DNA from: the human T2T-CHM13v2.0 reference genome, Homo sapiens
Reading direction: 5' to 3' (one strand)
Assembly: GCF_009914755.1 (NCBI RefSeq)
Contig: NC_060944.1
Length of the DNA: 64,000 nt
Below the pieces are notes generated by a model. It searched no databases. It saw nothing but the letters and a program-made list of their open reading frames with translations, and was not told the DNA's origin. Positions within the stretch are counted from its first letter, which is position 1. Each line of letters starts with the position of its first letter. A program made the translations under genes and the position numbers. Shown here in pieces: positions 45,542-64,000 of the stretch.

Positions 45542-48500
45542 CAGGCATACCTCGGAGATATTGCAGGTTCAGTTTCAGGCTACCATAAAAAAGGTAATAT
45601 TGCAATAAAGTGAGCCAAGTGCACTTTTTTGGTTTCCCAGTGCATATGAAAAGTATGTTTTCCTGAAGTCTTTTATTTATATATTTATTTAAACTAGAAA
45701 ATGAAATATTTAATAGTTGAAAGTTGTTTCTCTGAAAAAGCTAGTAAAATTTGCAAACTTCTGATACAAATCTGTATATGTTTCAGTATACAACTGTACC
45801 TCTTTCATATTCTAAACAGTTTCTAATAGTTTTCTTATGATGAATTTCATTATTACTTATTAAAATATTAAAAAGGTATGTTTACACTATGCTGTAGTCT
45901 GTCAAGTGTTCAATAGCATTATGTATAAAAAATAATGTGCATACCATAATTTTAAAATACTTTACTACTAAAAATTGCTAATGATTATCTGAGCCTTCAA
46001 CAAGTCATCATCTTTTTGCTGGTGGAGGGTCTTCCCTCAATGTTGATGGTTGTTGACTGATCAGGGTGGTGGTTGCTGAGGGTTGGGGTAGCTGTGGCAA
46101 TTTATTAAAATAAGAACAATGATGTTTGCCACATCAATTGATTGATCCTTTCAAGAAAGATTTCTCCATAGCATGCAACGCTGCTTGATAGCATTTTATA
46201 CACAATAGAATTTCTTTCAAAATTTCGGTCAATCCTCTCAAACTGTGCTGCTGGTTTATCTAAGTTTATGCAATATTCTGAATCCTTTGTCATCATTCCA
46301 ACAATGTTCACAGCATCTTCACCAGGAGCAGATTCCATTCAAAGAAACCACTTTCTTTGCTCATCTATAAGAAGCAACTCCTCATCCACTCAAGTTTTCT
46401 CATGAGATTGCAGCAATTCAGTCAGATCTTCAGGCTGCACTTCTAATTCTCACTGTTGCTATTTTCATCACATTTGCAGTGACTTCCTCCACTGAAGTCT
46501 TGAAACCCTCAGTCATTTATAAGGATTGGAATCAACTTCTTCCAGACTCCTGTTAATACTGCCATGTTGACCTCCTTCCATGAATCATGGTATGTAGAAT
46601 AGTGAATCCTTTCCAGGAATTTTTTAATTTACTTTGCCCAGATCCATCAGGGAAATTACTATCTATGGTAGCTATAGCCTTCCAAAATGTATGTTTTAAA
46701 TAATTTTGACTTGAAAGTCAAAATTATCTCTTGGTCCATGGGCTGAAGAATGAATGTTGTTAGCAGGCATGAAAACATTGATCTCTTCATATAGCTCCAT
46801 CAGAGCTCTTGAGTGACCAAAATCTTTTTTTCTGAGCCGTAGGCCTCAACAGTGGGCTTAAAATATTCAGTATACCATGCTGTCACACAGTCTTTGCTGT
46901 TTCATTTATAGAGCAGAGCAAGAGCAGAGTTAGCATAGTTTGTAAGGGCTCTAAGATTTTTGAAATGATAAATGAGCTTTGGCTCATTATTACTTTAAGT
47001 CACCAGCTGCATTGGCCCCTAGCAAGAAAGTCAGTCTGTCTTTTGAAGTTTTGAAGCCAGGCATTGACTTCTATCTATGAAAGTTCTAGATGGCATCTTC
47101 TTCCAATATAAGGCTGTTGTGTCTTCATTGAAAATCTGATGTCTATTGTAGCCACCTTCATCAATTACAGTTGACCCTTGAACAAAATGGGAGTTAGGGG
47201 TACTGAACTCCTGCACAGTTAAAAATCTATGTATAGGCCAAGTGCAGTGGCTCACGCCTGTAATCCCAGCACTTTGGGAGGCCAAAGCAGGCAGATCACA
47301 AGGTCAGAATTTCGAGACCAGCCTGGCCAATATGGTGAAACCCCATCTCTACTAAAAATACAAAAATTAGCCTGGCATGGTGGCAGGCACCAGTAGGCCC
47401 AGCTACTCAGAAGGCTGAGGCAGGAGAATCACTTGGACCCAGGTGGCAGAGGTTGCAGTGAGCACAGATTGTGCCACTGCACTCTAGCCTGGGTGACAGA
47501 GCGAGACTCCATCTCAAAAAAAATTTAAAAAGAAAATCCATGTATAACTTTTGACTTCTCAAAAACCCAACTACTAATAGCCCACTGTTTTATTTTTAAT
47601 TTTAGAGACAGGGTCTTGCTATGTTCCCTAGGCTTGTCTCAAACTCCCCGCTCCAAGCGATCCTCCTTCCTCATCCTCCCGAGTAGCTAGGACTACAGAC
47701 ACACACCACCATGCCTGAAATATTCTTTTTATTGAGATGGGGTCTCACTATGTTCCCCAGGCTGGTCTCAAACTACTGGCTCAAACAATCTTCCCCCACT
47801 CAACCTCCTGAGTAGCTGAAAGTATAGGTGTGCACCATCATGCCTGACTAATAGCCTACTGTTGACCAGAAGCCTTACTAATAACATAAACATTTGATTA
47901 ACACATATTTTGTATGCTATATGTATTTTGTGTACCATTTACTCTTACCAGAAAGTAAGCTAGAGAAAAAATGTTATTAAGAAAATCATAAGGAAGAAAA
48001 ACATATTTACTATTTATTAAATGGAAGTGGATCATCATAAAGTTCCTTGAGGATGTATAATGAACCCGCACAGTTCAAATCTGTGTTGTTAAAGGGCCAA
48101 CAGTATCTTAGCTAGATCTTCTGGATAACTTGCTGTGTAGCTTCTCCATCAGCACTTGCTACTTCACATTGCCCTTTTGTGTTTTAGAGAGGGCTTCTTT
48201 CCTTAACCCTCATGAACCAACCTCTGCTAGCTTCAAACTTTTCTGCTGCAGCTTCCTCACCTCTCTCAGCCTTCATAAAATTGAAGAGTTGGGGTCTTTC
48301 TCTGGATGAGGTTTTGGCTTAAGGGAATGTTGTGGCTGGTTTGATCTTCTGTCTAGATCACTAAAACCTTCTCCATATCAGCAATAGAGCTGTTTTGCTT
48401 TCTTATCGTTCCTGTGTTCCCGGAGTAGAACTTTTAATTTCCATCAATAACTTTTCCTTTGCATTCACAACTTGGCTGTTTGGTACAAGAGGCCTAGCTT

Positions 48501-49036
48501 TCAGCCTATCTCAGCTGTTAACATGCCTTCCTCACTAAGATTAATTATTTTTCTAGTTTTTTATTTAAAGTGAGAAATGTGGGACTCTTCCTTTCACTTG
48601 AACATTTAGAGTCTGTTGCGGGGTTATTAATTGGCCCAATTTCAATATTGTTGTGTCTCAGGGAATAAAGGGGCTGAGAAGAGGGAGCAAGACTGGCAAA
48701 TGACCAGTCAGAGCACACACACATTTATTGTTCGCCATGTCCTATGGGCACAGCTGGTGGCACTCCAAAGCAATTACAATAGTAACAACAAAAATCATTG
48801 ATCATAGATCACCTTACAGATATAATGATAAGAATAATAATAATAAAGTTTGAAACATTTTGAGAATTACTAAAATGTGACACAAAGACATAAGTGAGAA
48901 CATGCTGTTGGAAAAATAGTGCCAAAAGATTTGCTCAATGCAGGGTTGCTGCAAACCTTCAATTTGTAAAACATGCAACATCCATAAAGCAAAAATTAAT
49001 TAATAAAGCAAAGTGTAATAAAATGAGATATGCCTG
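45542..49036 (-). mobile_element. Near full-length Tigger1 with both TIRs, TA target duplications and nested insertions
   Basis: TA-caggcatacctcggagatattgc ... gagatatgcctg-TA. Transposase peptides include [14 protein letters not shown] and IFNEDTTALYWKKMPSRTFI. Confidence 0.9.
47168..48103. mobile_element. Tigger2-family element nested in Tigger1, itself carrying Alus (47236-47530 plus strand; about 47590-47848 minus strand)
   Basis: TA-cagttgacccttgaacaa ... tgttgttaaagggccaacag-TA, with the Tigger1 sequence resuming across the insert. Confidence 0.8.
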
Positions 49037-49694
49037 TATGTTGAGTGCACTGAGGGGCAGGAAGTATATGTCTGGACTCCAGGGACTTGGCTGAGGAAGG
49101 TGGACCAGTACAGATACAAAGAGCTTTGGAACCAAGGTAAAAAGGTGTGGGAACAAACTGAAGGAAATTTTGACAGGGACTGAAAATGGTGCCAAACCTA
49201 GAGTGATTGAATTATGGATTTCTAAGATATTTATTTATATGGCAGCAAAATGATGTTCCATGCATGACGATCATAGTCTTTTGCTCTGTGTGGCCCAGCT
49301 GCTGGAGAGCTGAGGAGCACAGTCACTAATGAGTAGCCCAGGAGTGCCAAGGACTCCTGCCACTCATGATTCTGGATCAAGCTATGCAGAATTTAGGACA
49401 ATCTGTATACTCTTCTATTTTAGTTAAGAATTTCCCAGTGCAGTATCTGAAATACTGTATCCAATAATTCTATATCTAGCAAAGCTATCCTTTCCTGATG
49501 AAGGTAAAATAAAGACATTCCCAGAAAAACAAAGACTGAGAGAATTTGTTGCTACCAGGTCTGCCTTTCAAGAAATACTAGAGAAAAGCTTTAAAGCTAA
49601 AAAGAAAAGACATCAGGTAGTAATGAGATCTACATTAAGAAACAAAGAGAACAGATAAAAGTAATTATGTAGGTAAATATAAAATCTGATATTA

Positions 49695-50100
<406 letters not shown>

Positions 50101-50379
50101 GGAAAGAAAAATAGCACAAAAGAGGGAGGAAGGCAGGCATGTAAGTATAGTTATGATCATCCAGTTTAAATACTTTGTAAGTATTTTTAAGTATGAGAGC
50201 CATGGATTATTAAGTAGCGTTATTTGTTTTTCAGACATATGGGATTTGCTTTTGGTATTGATTTTCTATTTTCCTGCATTTTCAAAAGAAAATATTGTAT
50301 GGCATTAGTCATTTGGAATTTTTTAGGCTTTCTTTGTAATCTAAGTCATTGTAACTAAGTACTCAAACCTGCTCAATTG

Positions 50380-50664
50380 GGCCGGGTGTGATGGCTCACA
50401 CCAGCACTTTTGGAGGCAGAGGTGGGTGGATTGCTTGAGGCCAGGAGTTCAAGACCAGCCTGGCCAACATGGAGAAACCCCGTCTCCACTAAAATTACAA
50501 AAATTAGCTGGGTGCGGTGGCACACACCTGTAATCCCAGCTATTCGGGAGGCTGAGGCATGAGAATCACTTGAACCCAGGAGGCAGAGATTGCAGTGAGC
50601 CAAGAGAGCACCGCTGTACTCCAGCCTGGGTGATAGAGTGATACTCTGTCTCAAACAAAAAAAA
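50380..50664 (+). mobile_element. AluS
   Basis: Forward dimer. Confidence 0.88.
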
Positions 50665-51479
50665 CTGCTCAATCTACAACTTTGTATAGATAATTTATTT
50701 TCATTTATTGAGGCCATTTTGTGTGTATGTGTGTGTGTACACATATATACAATTGTTAAGGTTTCTTGATCTGTTTTTCTTTACCAGTATAAAATATTCT
50801 TGTCTAAATTGTGTCATGTCCTCTATGTTGAATGTTAATTATATTATGATATTTAAATTGTTATATCATCTTTCTTTTTAATTCATATTTGGTGGGGCAT
50901 CCTTTTTTATTCCTTTATTTTAAATTACTTGTTTACTTTTGGGAAATTACACATTGTTGAATCATTTAAAAATTTTAATCTGAGAATCTCTGTCTTTTAA
51001 TAAATGTCTCTAACCCATTTACCTTTAATAAATATTCTTATAGAAAACAATCTTATGTTAGGGCCTATCTCTGGCATCTTATTTCATATTTTTAATTTAT
51101 CATGCTTTTTAAATATTTGTTTTTATTTCTCTCTTCAGACATCTATTGGATGAATGAAATATCTTCTACTATTTTAAAAGCCATTATTGTATTCTGATCC
51201 CTTAGAGGATTTTTTATTTAAGCCCACATTACTTTTCCACATAGACTTAAAGATTTCTAAAACTTCTAAGTTTTCCTAAAACAAGACAGCTCTTTCAGTA
51301 TGCTAACTGTTCCCTTTAGTTTACCTTCTGACCTTGATATTTTCTAGACAGTTTTTAGTTCATGATTATAATAGATATTGGTGTTCTCTTATTCTATCTC
51401 TTCCTTCCACTTTCTTCTTAATCCCTAAATTTTTAGACAACACCAAACTTTATGAATTGACTTCTCACTATGCAAAATT

Positions 51480-52036
51480 GTTGACATGGCAGGCCTGCAG
51501 TTGCTATCTTTAAAAGTCCTGCTTACAAGGTTGGCTCTTGGTTGGCATCCATAAGCCTGAATTTTGAGAAAGTTCCCATTGTTCTCAGAACAAACAAGTA
51601 TGGCTCACTGTGCCTCAACCATTTGTACAAACAACTTGGTTTATGGTAGATATCTGCTTTTATTTTGGGAGTCTGGAATTTTGGTACATGCTAGGCAGAA
51701 GCTGCTATATGACCAGCCCCCAATAGAAACCTTGGACACTGTGTTTGTCTCTCATGAGCTTCCCTGGTAGACAACACTTCACACATGTTGTCACAACTGA
51801 TCGATGGGGGAATTCAGCATGCCCTGTGTGGCTCCACTGGTCATTGGGAAAAGACACTTGGAAGCATGCACCTGATTTCTTCTGGACTTTGCCCCTTGCA
51901 CCTTTTCCCTTTGTTGACTTTGCTTTGTAGTCTTTCACTGTAATAAATCATAGCTGCAAGAAAAACCATGTGCTGAGTCCTGTGAGTCCTCCTAGTAAAG
52001 CACTGAACCTGGGGATAGCGTTGGGAATCCCCAGCA
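51480..52036 (+). mobile_element. MER21-type ERV LTR
   Basis: cctgcttacaaggttggc...gagcttccctggtagacaacacttcacacatg...ctgagtcctgtgagtcctcctagt. Confidence 0.7.
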
Positions 52037-53418
52037 TATTCACTTATATTGCCCATATACTTTTGTATAGTGGTTCTAGATTTATTTTCCTAGTGGAGCA
52101 CATCCTTCAAGCAGGCTTTCAAAAAGGGTCTTTGTGTGGTAAGCATTCTGATGTTTCATATGTCTTAGAACAATTTTATTGTGCCCTCATAGTTCAGGAT
52201 GTAAATTTTCACTTGAAAAGTTTTTACCTTAAACATCTTGAAAATGCTACTCTATTGATTTCTTGTCCTATTGTCACTATTTGAAAGTCTAATCTCAGTC
52301 TGATTATTCTTCTTCTTTGGGTGATCTAATCTTTCTCTATAGAATATTTTAAAATTTATTTGTATTTGATGTTCCTACATTTTATAATGTGGCTAGATAT
52401 GCAAGTTTTCTTTCTCTATTCTTTTATGATCATTTCCAGTCTGAGATCTTTAATAGTTCTTTCATTTGGGGCAACTTCAATGCATTGTTTCATTAAATAT
52501 TTTTTAACCTGCTAAATCTTTTTCTTTTAGAACTACTATTTGGATGTTTACACTTATACCTCTCGCTTCCACATACCTTAATCTTCCTTTTTATTTTGAA
52601 ACAATCTTAAAGTAGCAGAAAAACTGAAAGTACAGTAAAAATAACTTCTTTTCCCTGAAACATTTGAGAGTCAGTTACTTAATGGTGCCCAATCACCCCC
52701 AATGCTGTCATGTACATTTTCTCTAAAGAAAGACAAGTTCTTCTACATAAACACAACATAGCCATCAAAATCTGGAAATAAATGATGCCAATATCTACTC
52801 TAATCTATTTACATATATTAATTATGTCTATTTTATGCATGATTTTAATTAATTCTGTATTATTTGCTATCAGTCATTCAGTGTGAGTGCAGAAACATTT
52901 CATGTAAATGTGATGTTCACTGCTAGGTTTGATTTGAAGGCCAAAAGGAAGCATAGGTTTGTTATTCTCATCCCATTAACCAGCTCAACTTGATGGGGGA
53001 GGTGATGCAAACCTAAACAGATTTGTATTGTCAAACCTAAAACAGTTTAGGTTAAGTTAAGCTAAGTGTGCATGTTTGAGAAATGGCTCAGGAGTGAGGG
53101 GGAAACTAATGGATGGGACCAGCTGATAATCTAGCTATGAAGATCTGGGTAAAACACCCAGAGAGAAATTCAGAGGAGCCCAAGCTGACACATTTCATTA
53201 TAATGGTCATACAGTTATTCACCAAGAAAAACAAAATTAGGCCAGGAAAATAGCAAACAGATGGAAGCTTCAAGGATTTGGGGATTGTTACAAAGATCCC
53301 AAAATTAATCTGGATGTTGTTGCATCTTTATTTCAGATGGCACATCAAGCAACTCCTCTTATTCTTTTCTGTTTGTGCAGAAAAACCAGATCTGTGGTGT
53401 AGGTTTTGGATGTTTTTA

Positions 53419-53700
53419 GGCCAGGCGTGGTGGCTCATGCCTGTAATCCTAACACTTTGGGAGGCCGAGGCAGGTGGACCACCTGAGGTCAGGAGTGGCC
53501 AACATGGTAAAAATCCGTCTCTACTGAAAATACAAAAGTTAGCCAGGTGTGGTGGCGGGCACCTGTAATCCCAGCTACTCAGGAGGTTGAGGCAGGAGAA
53601 TCACTTTAACTCAGGGGGCGGAGGTTGCAGTGAGCCGAGATCATGCCACTTCACTCCAGCCTGGGCAACAAGAGAGAAACTCCATCTCAAAAAAAAAAAA
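53419..53700 (+). mobile_element. AluS
   Basis: Forward dimer with poly(A). Confidence 0.9.
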
Positions 53701-57652
<3,952 letters not shown>

Positions 57653-57798
57653 GAATTATAAAGGATATCACAAAGGATACAGAGGAAGAGGTGCATAAGG
57701 TGAGATATGGGGAAAGGCTAGAGAGCTTCCATGCCCTCCATGAGCATGCTGCTCTCCAACAACCTCTAAGTGTTCAGTGGTAGCCACCTGGAAGCTCT
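57653..57798. mobile_element. ERV1-class (MER4/MER34-like) LTR fragment
   Basis: aaaggatacagaggaagaggtgcataaggtgagatatggggaaagg...gagcttccatgccctcc. Confidence 0.6.
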
Positions 57799-59766
57799 GA
57801 CTTATATATTTTAATTTGAAATTTCTGTTCAGTTTTGAGTAATTGTCTTTTTTTAGACTAATTTCTAATTATTTCCATTATAGTCTGAAACTATGTCCTT
57901 TGTGATGTAATTCTTTAAAATTTTGTTCAGACTTTTTTTATAGCCTAATGTATAGTCACTTTTTGTACATGTTTTATTTGTGCTTGAGAAAAATGTGTTC
58001 CTCTAGTTTTTCTATGCAGACTTCTGTATATTTTAATTAAGTCAAGCTTATTAATCATAATGTTCAAATTACCCATCTCTTTACTAAATTTACTACTCTA
58101 TCAATAATTTGAATGTATAAAGTATAGACCTTCTATATACCCATAAATCTTTCCCCTTATAAATGTCAGTACTTGAGCCTGCCACAATGTTGACTAGACT
58201 GCTTTAACAGAAAGCCTCCATCACATAATAACTGAAATACAATATACTTTTTATTTCTTGCTCAAATAATAATTCAAAATGAGTATTCTAAAACAATGGG
58301 TATCCTTTTTTCATGTGATAAAAGAAGTCAAGGACCCAGGCTCCTTTCACCTTTTGGCTTCACTAGGCTCTAGAACCTTGTTGTCATCTATACTGAGCTG
58401 GTGGAAAAGAAAAAGAGTGTGAAAGAGACTTGCCATCTTCTTAGGGTCTTGACCTAGTAGTGACAAGTCTGTTAGCCAAAATATTTACATTGTGGCACTG
58501 GCTGCAAGATGCTTGGGTAAGGAAAATGCAGCTTCTATTTGAGATGATGATTCTCCTCTATATAACCCCTCTTTGCTAGGATAGTTATGACAGTGTCCAG
58601 TCTCTAAATTGTTCATTTATGAGTGGACAAAAAGAAAAACTAGGAAAGAGAGAGCCTTTGGGAAGGGTCAAATACCACTCTGTAAACTATAGGTACAAAT
58701 ATCAGAATTTTTGAATTATAAAGGATATCGCAAAGGATACAGAGGAAGGTGCATAAGGTGAGATATGGGGGAAAGGCTAGAGAGCTTCCTTTGAATGTAA
58801 ATTACAACTGTGGACTGAAGGAGTCTGCATTAGGAGTTCAGAATGTCAGAAAGAGGTTCAAATCTTTAGAAGATTATCATCATCAGAGGAAGAGGGTGAT
58901 CTTCTTCCCAGCTTGCATGCCTACTGGGAGTCCAGTGACCCTAGGTTGTCCCCTCTTTCTCCTGTTAGGGAAGAAGAAACATCTTCACTTCTGAGAGTTC
59001 ATTTCCTTCATGATATTCAAGGTCAGTGACCACCTCCTCCTGGACAGCCTGCCAAGCCTTTGACTGATAGGTCTCTCCCCCTGTCTGAGCTCTAAGATAT
59101 TTACTATGTTTCTCCACTAGCCCTTCTGTCCCATGCCCTACAATAGTCTCTCTTTCTGTGTGTTTATGTGTGTTTAAATTTGTATATGTATATCTGTGTA
59201 TGTGTTTATATACATTTATATATGAAACAGCTACTTACTCTTTCACTCAGGAATTCTAGCTCTCTTAGTCTAAAGAAATCAAAGATTTATAAATAAAAAT
59301 AATATGACATTCTCTAGATTATTAGTAATTAGTACAATACAAATACTTGATTATTAGCATTTGAGAGCTGTGCAATTATGAAAATCCACATTTTGAGAAA
59401 TACTTACATGATTAAATAAGGGTGGCAAAAATAGATAACAAAAGTTGTTTATATTAAAAGGATTGTTTATATTAAATATGGAGAGAAACTAAAAGATAAT
59501 GCAATGAAACATCAGTTAATTCTAAGCAACTCTTTTTAACAATATATTTTTTCTTTTCTTTTTTCCATAAAACATTTTGTAATTAGAAAGCAGAAATAAA
59601 TGATATCTTTCATTCTATCGGCAAGAACACAAGACTGGTTATGTGAAAGGAGGAGGCGTCATTCCTGCGGAAGCCCTATCCCACATGACGAACGACAAGG
59701 CCAGGGGCAAGCAAAAAGAGGAAGGACTCTCTTGCTCTGCTCCGACTTGGCCAGTAGAGGCAGTGA

Positions 59767-59970
<204 letters not shown>

Positions 59971-60833
59971 TGATGGGCTGCTGGATGGGTGAGGGGGAAT
60001 TGGGTAGGGGGAATGGAGGGCCTGTGTCCAGTCTGAGTAGGACCTAGGAGTTGGAAACTCTCTGCATATCCAGCTCTGACCACAATGTTGTGTAGACTCT
60101 GGACTGTCCCTAAACCATGGCCCTCCAGCCCCTTAGCTGGCCCTGGGAATAGTAATGGGAATGAAGAAGAAACCTGCATATTTTGCTGTTCCTTCTCAAT
60201 ACTTAGAGAGAAATGGCACATCCCATAGTGAAAGGCGCACCAGGGCTGAGAATCCAGTGGGGAAAGCAAGACAATTATTATTTGATTTATGCACATTTGT
60301 GAGGAGTAAAGATTCAGAAGTGGTTATGACGGTAGGTGTAGGTGTAGAATGGGTATAAGTGTAGGGAAATAGGACATAAGACAAGCAAAAGTTGGGGTAC
60401 ACAGAGCCAAGTTAAGGTTATCATCAAAGGGGCAAGGAGAGTGGTGGTGGAAAGGGAACTAAAGAAGGGGCAGGAAGACTAGAGACAGTGACAGTGAGCA
60501 GAAGAGAGGGAGAGACAAGAGGCATGTTGATCCTCATCTCTGAATTCTACTATTCAGAGACTAGGAGAGAGTTTGAAAGATGTCTCATGCTTCTTTGAGC
60601 TCTCAGGATCAGACTGTAGATTCTTTGGTGGTGACTTCACCAAGGCCATGACTAGTAAGGGAGATGGAGTTCTGATTGCTGGTGTGTGGAGAAGGTCCAG
60701 GAAGCCCAGGCATTGTGGTCTAATGGGGTAAGGTGTACAGTGGAGAGACAGGATTTAAAATATGACCAATCACTAGGATTTGGTGATGGGCAGGAAGGTA
60801 GTTCTATGAAGAAGGAATCCAGGAGTATCATGA

Positions 60834-61079
<246 letters not shown>

Positions 61080-61231
61080 GTGGGAGAGTGGGCTGGGATG
61101 TGCATCCTGCTTCCCAACTCCTCTATCCAAGACTGTGCCCACATCCGAAGCACAAGGACCTCAAGTCACCAGCATAAGAACATCAACAGGAATGCCGCCC
61201 TCTCTACTGTCTGAACCCCTTGTCCCTGTCA

Positions 61232-61237
61232 AATAAA
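61232..61237 (+). terminator. WFDC10A: WFDC10A poly(A) signal AATAAA
   Basis: AATAAA lies about 153 nt after the stop codon. Confidence 0.8.
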
Positions 61238-61263
61238 CCAGAACAAATGCCCAGGGATCCTAC

Positions 61264-61330
61264 CTCTTTTGCTGCCACTACAGATGATCATTGAGAGCTC
61301 ACTGTGGCCCCTACAGATGCCCCACTTGTC
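61264..61330 (-). other. WFDC9: Probable WFDC9 first (non-coding) exon, just beyond the WFDC10A 3' end; TSS approximate
   Basis: Donor AG|GTAGGA at 61263. The recalled annotation has WFDC9 spanning WFDC10A. The left boundary comes from the sequence and the right boundary is estimated. Confidence 0.55.
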
Positions 61331-62621
61331 TTGCGTCCTGGTGTTCAATTTCTCTCCCTGGCTATGCTTCTCTACCCTCCCTCTCCCTCTTTGGCCCACG
61401 TATCCCTGCCAGCCCTCAGGATGCCCAGCCCCTTGCTGTTTTGCTCACTGAACCAGTACTCCCAGGGGGAGGAACTGCTCATGTGCAGCATCTCCTGATG
61501 CTAAGGAGAACATTTCTCACCCTGGAGTCAGAAGGACCCATTAAGCATGAGATGGGTGGCAGTTAGAACCCGAGATAAAGAGTGGGAGGCCCCCAAGCAC
61601 TGCTTTGGTCTCCTTAGCCTTGGTGCACCGCCATCCTATGCTCCCCAATCTCTCTGTAAGGTTCAGATTACTGTCTATCATTAGGATAATGAGTCCCAGG
61701 AAGTCCAGCAAGCCCAAGGCCACAAGAGAGTGAGAGGATATGATGTGACTGGAAGAGGGTGTTTCCTCTAGGATCACTTTTTCCTCACTTCTCTCCATTA
61801 CCTGAGACCAGAGGCATCCTAGTGAGAGTGAGTGCCTGCACCAACCCCAAAGCTCCTCCTATCCAGCACCCACCAATATGGCTACTCCTCTGATGGGACC
61901 CATTTTGGGCCTCAGGATCTGACACTCCAGCACCTTCCATTAACTGAATAGTCCTTATCTTTCCCAAGCCCTCTTCCTTAGGGGCTGGTTCATTCTCTTT
62001 TCTTTAGATCAAGAGGAACACTAAGGGATGTGGAACAGGTGGTTCATGCTGCTGTTGCTAAGGAGTAATTGGCACAGAGTGGCTATGGGTCTTCCCTGTC
62101 ATCCTACTGTGAGTTGGTGGAAATTAATCAGTGTGGTACAGAATCTCCCACTCTGCAATCGCAACTCCTCTGAAATGATCCTGGGGCTAGATCCAGGGTT
62201 GGGTCACATGTAGCTAACTGGGACATGAAGCCAAATGTGAAGAGGTTTCAGGAGGATAGGCCATGCCCAGAGGCAGGTGTGCAGTGTTATGCTCCAGTCT
62301 AGTGCTTCTTGCTGGGCCATTCAATGAAAGAGACATCAGAGAAGAAAACTTCCTTCATCAGACCAGAGGCTGTGAGCCACCTCTGAGGCATCACCGGGCT
62401 CTGGGTATCTCAGGCTTGTCTTCACCTTTCTCAAGAGCTTCCCTTGGACAAGGAGGTCTTAGGAAAGAGATCATGATCAACCATCAACACAGACACCATC
62501 AGATGTACTCTGTGGGCTGTAAGGGCATGATCTCCAAGAGACCTTATTTGGTGTTTCCTTGGATAGCCTCCCTTACCAAGCATCCTCTCAAGCCACCCCC
62601 AAACATGCCTACTAGACACTA

Positions 62622-64000
<1,379 letters not shown>

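Overview
Primate genomic DNA, repeat-rich, from human or a very close great ape. It matches the telomeric WFDC (WAP four-disulfide core) protease-inhibitor cluster, 20q13.12 in human. Three genes can be read directly. WFDC8 is represented by its first coding exon on the minus strand, and the rest lies left of the window. WFDC9 is complete on the minus strand (89 aa, three coding exons, two predicted upstream non-coding exons). WFDC10A is complete on the plus strand (79 aa) and sits antisense inside the first intron of WFDC9. The rest is mostly L1, Alu, Tigger/MER DNA transposons, MaLR/ERV LTRs and a 5'-deleted HERV-H provirus. The most interesting non-obvious signal is a decayed three-exon WFDC-family gene at about 18.09-19.71 kb (minus strand). 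It keeps a signal-peptide exon, a WAP exon ending FCGNVCM with a stop and a frameshift, and a WFDC9-like third exon, and it is joined in sense orientation to the truncated HERV-H. Other signals are a conserved stop/donor plus intronic poly(A) switch shared by WFDC9 and WFDC10A, an exact androgen/glucocorticoid response element, and several templated-insertion and transduction scars. I found no evidence for a wholly new biological system. Most ORFs in the supplied track are repeat-derived noise. Repeat subfamily names come from recalled consensus sequences and their boundaries are approximate.
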